NCBI GenBank assembly: GCA_017628435.1
Contig: JAGBZE010000180.1
Span: 1-38,939 of the forward strand
From: Akkermansia sp.
GTDB lineage: Bacteria > Verrucomicrobiota > Verrucomicrobiia > Verrucomicrobiales > Akkermansiaceae
Direction: 5' to 3'
Length of the DNA stretch: 38,939 nucleotides
Shown: positions 33,601-38,939 of the stretch, one piece after another
Layout: each line of letters starts with the position of its first letter
Position numbering within the stretch: the stretch's first letter is position 1
The notes under the pieces: model-generated
What the model was told of the DNA's origin: nothing
The model's database searches: none
Seen by the model: only the letters and a program-made list of their open reading frames with translations
Program-made: the position numbers and the translations under genes

Positions 33601-33813
33601 GCCGGAGATTTCTCGTTCCAGCGGTGTACCCACAGAATCTGCCACGGCCTTGGCATCTGCACCGGGGAACATGGCCATAAGCTGGATGGTGCGCGGCGTA
33701 ATTTCCGGATACTGCGAAACCGGCAGATTGACCAGGCACACCAGACCCAGCAGCGTTGTCACCACGGCAATCACCGTCGCAATGACGGGATGTTTGATAA
33801 AGAACGGACTCAT
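30637..33813 (-). CDS. RND efflux permease (HAE1/AcrB family)
   Basis: 1058 aa. LPVSQYPEI, GLVVDDAIVVVE, ALTLSPAL, GLAAKNAILIVEFA and RLRPILMTSLAF motifs. Confidence 0.96.
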   Translation of the reverse strand: MSPFFIKHPVIATVIAVVTTLLGLVCLVNLPVSQYPEITPRTIQLMAMFPGADAKAVADSVGTPLEREISGVQGMDYMTSVSSNNGVYSLQVVFNPDTDPDLDQVFTNMRYGQAQSQVPTEVLNAGVTIRQQPGLPLIIYSLYSPDGSYNSVDLANYAQVKMVDELKRVEGVGEVTVYGAGRYAIRIWLDTNIMTHYNLSVGEVRAAIAAQNATNPGGKVGADPVPDGQEKTIAIRTQGRLTDPAEFENIIVRQVGDEIIYLKDIAKVELGSENYSATGRLNRQVSAAVVVFQTPGSNAIDTVDRLRKTFEKQAAIMPQGITGDVSLDTTTAVRYSIDEIKRTFIEAIVLVALVVFMFLQNFRATLIPLIAVPVSLISTFCVFPLLGFSLNTISLLGMVLAIGLVVDDAIVVVEAVQHHIDKGLNPRMAAFAAMQEVSGPVIAIALVLAAVFLPSLLLEGITGTLFKQFAITIAVSMLISAFNALTLSPALCALMLKPAKQNRGIFKPFYKLFNKCYDCTANVYVKICGALCRKLIFSMPLLLLFWAAIAPMAKLVPKAFLPDEDQGFLLAALVMKPDTSLQVAYSENKKFEDALSDPAVKNLTTVVGINILNSVQTPGACIAFIELKDWKDRPETAAEVQKRIEARLHAAALDGMAMVLMPPAIPGVGTANGVTMVLNDLEGQGVPFLREQVLRFEEAARQRPEVAVCMDMMMADTPQKFMELDKEKCKFHRVEIAAANSLLATYNGSSFVNFFNAFGQQWQVYMQAQGADRVSLDKMDGFFVTNMDGERVPLSALVKIKDIADTEFVMHHNIYNSAKLNVMPRPGFSTQQLMEAMEQVYAETMDPSKIGMDYQDMSFQENKVRNSTGLAAIFTMSSVFAFLILVALYEKWTLPISVFLTVPIAVLGAYAGLYWMGMELNLYAQVGLVMLVGLAAKNAILIVEFANLEMERGKDLMAATLSAAKLRLRPILMTSLAFILGCVPLMMASGSGALARCSIGTVVVVGMTVATVVGVFLIPCSYLFIMRLFRIKFKLATLGEDPDEAGARAYLAAHKDDE

Positions 33814-33821
33814 GGTTGCTC

Positions 33822-35183
33822 TTATTCTGCCTTACCGGCGGTAACGGAGTTTACTGTAGTCTCGGGCTTCTCATAAATGAAGGGGCGCGACACCACCGTG
33901 CCGAAACCACCCTGTGCCCCTGCCTTGCGCATAGCAGCATTGGCCATGGCATACTGTGCAGCCATCTGCCCGCCACCCACAATTACCTGGGCATCTTCCA
34001 CCTTCTCTATACCATTCTCCCGCAAGGTATCGGCTATGGGCTTCACTGTGCCGGTCACTACCTGCATGAGCATGGGCACTGTTGTGCCATCGCCATTCGG
34101 CATATCCAGCACCAGTTCCTTGCCCAGCTTCACATCAATGGGCAGCGGAGTCATATCCGGTGCCACCACGTAAATATAACGGTGGTTCATGGAAGAGATA
34201 AGAGCACGGGAAGGCACCAGCAGCGCATCCTTGATTTCTCCCGTTCTGGCCTGTACGCGCACGGCAGCTCCCGTACGCAGCTTGAGCTGGGGATTCGGAA
34301 CATAGCCTACAAATTTCACCGTACCCGTTGCCTGGCTAATTTCGCTATCCACGGCATGTACTCGCCCCTTATGCTCAAACACAGAACCATCCTCCAGGAT
34401 GAGGTCAAACTCCCGCACAGGGCTCATCTTGTCCGGGGCATCGAAATAAGCCCCCACCTGAGCCTGTTCGCTCACCTGGCGGGCGGGTACCGAGAAATCA
34501 ACGCGGATGGGATCCACCGAGGACATGCGGGTCATAACCACCTGCCCTGCTGCCACAAAATCACCCACACTCACACCGGCCTGAGTGGCAAGCCCCTTGA
34601 AGGGAGCGCGGATGGTGCATCGGTCCAGGTTCAGCTGAGCCTGTTCCAGCGCGGCCTCTGCCAGCGCCACCTGAGCACGGGCCATGGCAAGGGCTGCCTC
34701 ACAGCGGCGCTTCGCGTGCTGGGCATCGGTAAACTGTTTATCGGATACGGAGCCACTTTCCACCAGAGAAGAGAACCGCACTAGATCTTTCTGCGCCTGT
34801 TCATCAGCTACTTCGGCCTGCAGCACCCCGGCCTTGGCGGCGGCCACGCTGGCGGCTGCCTGGTCATAAGCAGCCTGATAGCTGGCGGGGTCGATGCGGA
34901 ACAGGACCTCTCCCTTCTCGCACAGCGAGCCATGCCAATACACCTGCTCGAGCAGCTTGCCCGAAACCTCCGGGCGGATATCTGCCTGCTCCACGCCGCG
35001 CAAATGGCCAAACCATGTGGAGTTCAGCTCCACCGTGCGCTTCTGCAGCGGCATCACCGTCACGTTGATGGGAGCCATCCCTCGCTGGCCTGCCTGTGTG
35101 CTGCCGTTGTCCCTGCATGCCACCAGAGTACTGCATGCTACCAGCCCGCCAAGGGCAATCATTCTTATATTCCTTGCTTTCAT
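33822..35183 (-). CDS. RND efflux periplasmic adaptor (MFP, AcrA family) lipoprotein
   Basis: Lipobox LVAC, IRPEVSG, LFRIDP, coiled-coil hairpin and TIRAPFKG. Confidence 0.93.
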   Translation of the reverse strand: MKARNIRMIALGGLVACSTLVACRDNGSTQAGQRGMAPINVTVMPLQKRTVELNSTWFGHLRGVEQADIRPEVSGKLLEQVYWHGSLCEKGEVLFRIDPASYQAAYDQAAASVAAAKAGVLQAEVADEQAQKDLVRFSSLVESGSVSDKQFTDAQHAKRRCEAALAMARAQVALAEAALEQAQLNLDRCTIRAPFKGLATQAGVSVGDFVAAGQVVMTRMSSVDPIRVDFSVPARQVSEQAQVGAYFDAPDKMSPVREFDLILEDGSVFEHKGRVHAVDSEISQATGTVKFVGYVPNPQLKLRTGAAVRVQARTGEIKDALLVPSRALISSMNHRYIYVVAPDMTPLPIDVKLGKELVLDMPNGDGTTVPMLMQVVTGTVKPIADTLRENGIEKVEDAQVIVGGGQMAAQYAMANAAMRKAGAQGGFGTVVSRPFIYEKPETTVNSVTAGKAE

Positions 35184-35203
35184 TAATGTATTATGAACAG
35201 AGC

Positions 35204-35647
35204 TTATGGCTCTGTGGTTAAAGAGTTGTTATAAATCCGCTCCAGCATGAGGCGCAGCGTTTCCTGCTCTTCTGCACTGAACCCGGCCACCAGCCGGGAT
35301 TCAAAAGCGCGCAGCTTCTGCTCCGCTTCAGCCCTCATCTGCCTGAACCCTTCTGTCAGGTATGCATGTTTCACGCGCCCATCTTCGCTATCGAAGGCGG
35401 TGCGCACATGGCCTTTCTCCGATAACCGGTTCAGCAGCCCTTTTACTGTGGTATGGCTTACCCCGAGATATTTCTCCAGCTCCCGCTGCGATACCGGCCG
35501 CCCATCCTGCGATTCCAGATACATCAGCAGCCGGCATTGCGGGGCCGTGAGCCCCAGATCCCCAACTTGCTGAAGAAATGCGGCATCGGCCCGGTCACTC
35601 ACCATCTTCATCAGAAAAATGGGGTGCTTCTCTTTCGGTAATTCCAT
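35204..35647 (-). CDS. MarR family transcriptional regulator
   Basis: GLTAPQ, SQRELE..LGVSHTTV..LLNRL..KG and D.EDGR....LT winged-helix motifs. First gene of the efflux operon. Confidence 0.92.
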   Translation of the reverse strand: MELPKEKHPIFLMKMVSDRADAAFLQQVGDLGLTAPQCRLLMYLESQDGRPVSQRELEKYLGVSHTTVKGLLNRLSEKGHVRTAFDSEDGRVKHAYLTEGFRQMRAEAEQKLRAFESRLVAGFSAEEQETLRLMLERIYNNSLTTEP

Positions 35648-35659
35648 CGCCCTTGTTAT

Positions 35660-35717
35660 ATATGAAGCATGCTTCCTATTTGCCGGGCGAGTATACCACA
35701 GCTTAGCTTCCAGTCAA
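35660..35717 (-). promoter_or_regulatory. marR-efflux promoter and palindromic operator candidate
   Basis: TTGACT (35717-35712), 16 bp, TATACT (35695-35690). Palindrome ATA-t-GAAGCATGCTTC-c-TAT at 35660-35679. Confidence 0.75.
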
Positions 35718-35832
35718 GTTTTTTGGGGCATTTTTTCTGCCAGGGCATGCCGGGCAGCGAGTTTTCCCCAGCCACGGAAGTGCAAAAGAAATCCCGTGTA
35801 CTCGCGCCAGAGCAACGGCGTTTCCTGCCGGC

Positions 35833-36081
35833 TCAGATTGCACCCTTCCGGTAGCGGGCTGCAATTTGTTCAAAAGGTATGCCGCGCTCCATTTCTGACA
35901 TCATTGAAGCACGAATGGCAAGCGCTGCCGAAAGGGATTCCTCCTTGCCGCCAAACTCACGGTCGGTAAAGTAGCGCACGTAAGTTTCCTTCTGCCGGGT
36001 TATGCAAAGGCGCCAGCCGCAGAATGTATTGCGTGACCCCTTCTTTCCGTTGTAGCGAGTAATGTATCGTTGCGTATCCAT
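35833..36081 (-). CDS. Small stand-alone AP2-like DNA-binding domain protein
   Basis: 82 aa. YITR...GWRLCITR....YVRYFTDREFGGKEESLSAALAIR matches the three-strand-plus-helix AP2 pattern. Has its own promoter upstream. Confidence 0.65.
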   Translation of the reverse strand: MDTQRYITRYNGKKGSRNTFCGWRLCITRQKETYVRYFTDREFGGKEESLSAALAIRASMMSEMERGIPFEQIAARYRKGAI

Positions 36082-36095
36082 AGTAGTACGCCCGC

Positions 36096-36124
36096 ATTCT
36101 AGCAAGCCTGCGGATTCGGGTCAA
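36096..36124 (-). promoter_or_regulatory. Promoter of the AP2-like gene
   Basis: TTGACC (36124-36119), 17 bp, TAGAAT (36101-36096) with extended TG. Confidence 0.75.
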
Positions 36125-36176
36125 GATTTTTATTTGACTTTTTCAACCTTTCTACTTTTCAACAATACAGAAAAGA

Positions 36177-36206
36177 TTGACAACAAAGAAACAAACGTGG
36201 TAGAAT
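36177..36206 (+). promoter_or_regulatory. Promoter of the second marR (leaderless)
   Basis: TTGACA (36177-36182), 18 bp, TAGAAT (36201-36206) with extended TG. ATG follows after 6 nt. Confidence 0.75.
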
Positions 36207-36212
36207 GCGGAT

Positions 36213-36689
36213 ATGTCCGAAAAGTACGAGGATGTTCTGGCTGTAGACAAGATGCGAAGCATCACAGAGTTTGTGAACCGCGCTGGTTTTATAGCGATGA
36301 GCGAAACCATGCGGAAGAAGCTCTGGAAGCTGAGTGTAAGGCAGTGCGCGGTACTGGCCAACATCAGGCGCTATACGGTACTGCACCCGGAAGGCATGTC
36401 GATGAGCACGCTGGCAGAGCGGGCCCGCATGTCGCCCAGCTCAGCCTCGCACATGGTGGACGGCCTGATGAGTCAGGGCATGGTGGAACGCAACGCGAGC
36501 CCCACCGACCGCCGCGCCGTGCTGGTAACGATAGCCAAATCTTTTCAGGAGACCTCGGAGCAGATAGAAAGCACGCAGATGCAGCGAATGGAAGAGCTCT
36601 GCTCCACGCTTACGGAAGAAGAGCGGCAGGTAATGGAGCGCGTGCTGAACAAGCTCTATGCAGCCGTGATTGAGCGCGACGGGCTGTAA
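36213..36689 (+). CDS. MarR family transcriptional regulator
   Basis: LSVRQ, SMSTLAERARMSPSSASHMVDGL..QGMVER and PTDRRAV motifs. Confidence 0.9.
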   Translation: MSEKYEDVLAVDKMRSITEFVNRAGFIAMSETMRKKLWKLSVRQCAVLANIRRYTVLHPEGMSMSTLAERARMSPSSASHMVDGLMSQGMVERNASPTDRRAVLVTIAKSFQETSEQIESTQMQRMEELCSTLTEEERQVMERVLNKLYAAVIERDGL

Positions 36690-36699
36690 CCCCTGCGCA

Positions 36700-38082
36700 T
36701 CAGCAAGTGAGCGCATTGGCAGCAAGCCCAGCCAGCGCCGTTTCGCGATAACCGGCCGCCAGAGCGCGGCCTGTTTCGTTCATGGTAGCAATCACACTAT
36801 CCAGGCTCACAAAGTGAGTACCATCGCCGCGGAGAGCCAGGCGGGCGGCATTCACCGCCTTCACGGCACCGATGGCATTTCGCTCAATGCAAGGCACTTG
36901 CACCAGCCCGCAGACAGGGTCGCAGGTCAGGCCAAGATTATGCTCCATGGCAATCTCCGCAGCGTTAGCCACCTGTTCATTGGTGCCACCCATAGCGGCA
37001 GTAAGCCCGGCAGCCGCCATGGAACAGGCCACGCCCACCTCGCCCTGGCAGCCCACCTCGGCGCCGGAAATCGAAGCCTTGGCGCGGTAAAGTGAGCAGA
37101 TAGCCGAGGCAGTGAGCAGGAAAACCTCGATACCATGCTCGCGCCCTACGGCGGCATCCTTGCGGCCGAAGCGTTCAAAATAGCGCAGCACAGCAGGCAG
37201 CACCCCTGCACTACCCATCGTGGGAGCCGTCACCACGCGCCCGCCGGCAGCATTTTCCTCGGCCACGGCAAAAGCCCAGAGATTAATCCAGTCGATGATG
37301 GTAAGAGCATCCTGCGTATTCTCGCGGAACATCTCTGCCAGGCGGCGGTAAATACGCGGAGCGCGGCGGGGCAGTTTAAGCCCGCCGGGCAGCACACCCA
37401 TGGTCTTCGCGCCACGCTCAATAGCCTTGTCCATGGTGTCGTAAATCTTGCGGATGCGCGTGCGGAGCTCCATGCCGGTGGGCAGCGCCATCTCATTGCA
37501 GCGCACCACGGCCGCAATCGTCATATTCTCGCGCTTGCAATGCTGCAACAGCTCCGCGCAGGAATCAAAGGGATACGGCACCACAGGCGGAGGCTCCGGC
37601 AGCTCCTCCATTTCATCGCTGCGGCGGATTGCACCGCCACCAATGGAGAAATACACATCGTTGGCCAGCTCCTGCCCCGCTGCATCATACGCACAGCATC
37701 GCATGCCGTTGGCATGCTCCGGCAAAGTTATTTCTTTTTCCAGCACCACATCCTGCATGGCACTGAAGGTGATGGGATGTGTGCCATTCAGCAGCAGTTT
37801 ACCCTCAGTAGCCAGCGTGGCAACGGCATTCGTGGCGGACATCTCCATCTTCTCGGCATCCAGCCCCAGCAGGCCATACACCACAGCACCGGGAGTACCA
37901 TGGCCCACCCCCGTGAGCGCCAGCGAACCATACAGATACACCCTCACCGTTTCCACCTGCTCCAACACCCCGCGCTCTGCCAGTTCTCGCGCAAAACGGG
38001 CCGCTGCGCGCATCGGCCCCATGGTATGCGAACTCGACGGACCAATGCCTATGGAAAACACATCAAAAAAGCTGGTGTACAT
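36700..38082 (-). CDS. sdaA: L-serine ammonia-lyase (Fe-S, single chain)
   Basis: [50 protein letters not shown] and [20 protein letters not shown] motifs. Confidence 0.96.
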   Translation of the reverse strand: MYTSFFDVFSIGIGPSSSHTMGPMRAAARFARELAERGVLEQVETVRVYLYGSLALTGVGHGTPGAVVYGLLGLDAEKMEMSATNAVATLATEGKLLLNGTHPITFSAMQDVVLEKEITLPEHANGMRCCAYDAAGQELANDVYFSIGGGAIRRSDEMEELPEPPPVVPYPFDSCAELLQHCKRENMTIAAVVRCNEMALPTGMELRTRIRKIYDTMDKAIERGAKTMGVLPGGLKLPRRAPRIYRRLAEMFRENTQDALTIIDWINLWAFAVAEENAAGGRVVTAPTMGSAGVLPAVLRYFERFGRKDAAVGREHGIEVFLLTASAICSLYRAKASISGAEVGCQGEVGVACSMAAAGLTAAMGGTNEQVANAAEIAMEHNLGLTCDPVCGLVQVPCIERNAIGAVKAVNAARLALRGDGTHFVSLDSVIATMNETGRALAAGYRETALAGLAANALTC

Positions 38083-38088
38083 GGCTGC

Positions 38089-38117
38089 AAATTACACCCA
38101 AGGCGCTGCCAAGTCAA
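38089..38117 (-). promoter_or_regulatory. sdaA promoter (leaderless)
   Basis: TTGACT (38117-38112), 17 bp, TAATTT (38094-38089). ATG follows after 6 nt. Confidence 0.7.
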
Positions 38118-38139
38118 GCCGCCAGCACGGCAAATAAAC

Positions 38140-38177
38140 AAAAAAAGCGCCCTGATGCCACGATGCGGCACCAGGGC
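38140..38177 (-). terminator. Intrinsic terminator after fabD
   Basis: GCCCTG-A-TGCC / GGCA-C-CAGGGC stem followed on the minus strand by GCTTTTTTT. Confidence 0.7.
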
Positions 38178-38203
38178 AGCAGAATTATAAATACAAGAGA
38201 ATA

Positions 38204-38938
38204 TTACATAGCCTTGAGCTCAGCCACAGCGGCTTCGAGTGAAGCGACATCCTGAATGGAAATCACCTTGGCTTCCTTGCAGATGCGGCCCATCATGCCG
38301 GCCAGTGTGTTACCCGGGCCCATTTCGATGAAGAGGCGCTCACCCTTCTCGATGAGGTCCTGCATGCAGGCAGCCCAGCGCACAGAGCCGCACACCTGCT
38401 CGCCCAGCATGGCGCGAACGTCCTCCGGACCGGTTACGGTGCGAGCCTCGAAGTTGCAGTAGACAGGCACGGAGGGGGTGGTCATGGGTGTGGCCTCCAG
38501 CTCGGGGCGAAGAGCGGCCTGGGCGCTCTTCATGAAGCGGCTGTGGTAGGCACCGGCCACATTCAGCTTCTTGGCAATCTTGATACCGGCAGCCTTGGCA
38601 CCGGCCACGGCTTTATCCACACCCTCCACAGAGCCGGAAACCACCGTCTGGCCGGGGCAGTTGTAGTTAGCCACGTCAATATCGCATTCAGCGGCCAGGT
38701 TAGCCACCGCATCATCACTACCGCCAATCATGGCAGCCATGGTGCTGGGAGCAGCCTGGCAGGCTTCCTCCATGAGCGCACCTCGCTTCTGCACCAGCTT
38801 GAGGCCGTCCTCCATGCTGAAGGTGCCGGCGGCGGCATGGGCCGTAAACTCACCCAGGGAAAGACCGGCGGCAGCCACGGGTTCGATGTCCACCATGCTG
38901 CACAGAGTCTTGTACAGAGCAAGGCCATGCAGGAACAG
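38204..38938 (-). CDS. fabD: Malonyl-CoA:ACP transacylase, 5'-truncated by window edge
   Basis: GLSLGE catalytic Ser motif, R..LM, ANYNCPGQ.V.SG, VAGAYHS, SVRW and E.GPG motifs. Frame is open to the window end. Confidence 0.95.
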   Translation of the reverse strand: MFLHGLALYKTLCSMVDIEPVAAAGLSLGEFTAHAAAGTFSMEDGLKLVQKRGALMEEACQAAPSTMAAMIGGSDDAVANLAAECDIDVANYNCPGQTVVSGSVEGVDKAVAGAKAAGIKIAKKLNVAGAYHSRFMKSAQAALRPELEATPMTTPSVPVYCNFEARTVTGPEDVRAMLGEQVCGSVRWAACMQDLIEKGERLFIEMGPGNTLAGMMGRICKEAKVISIQDVASLEAAVAELKAM

Positions 38939-38939
38939 A

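Noticed and set aside
38850-38870. FabD GLSLG instead of GHSLG as a sign of inactivation
   Set aside because: The catalytic Ser, Arg and His motifs are intact, and GLSLG is a natural variant in FabD homologues.

Overview
Chromosomal housekeeping window of about 57-60% GC (estimated by eye). It most likely comes from a Verrucomicrobiota bacterium (Akkermansia-like); this is an inference from the PEP-CTERM gene, the exosortase-associated CAAX protease, the Na+-pumping methylmalonyl-CoA decarboxylase operon and lineage-type hypothetical proteins. It holds about 34 CDSs: Sel1 protein (partial), LplT-like MFS, TolC-like lipoprotein, mmdA-D-C-B, MurU-like and AmgK-like enzymes, Lrp plus aminotransferase, rlmH, a CHASE2-like protein, a PEP-CTERM protein, galK plus an SSS symporter, HU, pdxJ, purH, kdsA-lptC-lptA-like-lptB, dusB, pilD, a MarR-MFP-RND-OMF efflux operon, a small AP2-like protein, a second MarR, sdaA and fabD (partial). 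I found no tRNA, rRNA, CRISPR array, transposase or integrase. The most notable signals are non-coding. (1) A perfect 23-bp inverted-repeat pair with recombinase-site architecture flanks 153 bp directly upstream of the PEP-CTERM gene (candidate invertible switch). (2) A tandem array of four hairpins with different stems, identical CGAAA linkers and conserved triloops lies between pilD and dusB. (3) Sigma70-type promoters repeatedly sit only 6-11 nt from start codons (leaderless or near-leaderless mRNAs). (4) The leader of the Na+-pump operon can fold in two alternative ways. All product calls come from motif recognition by eye; no database search was run.
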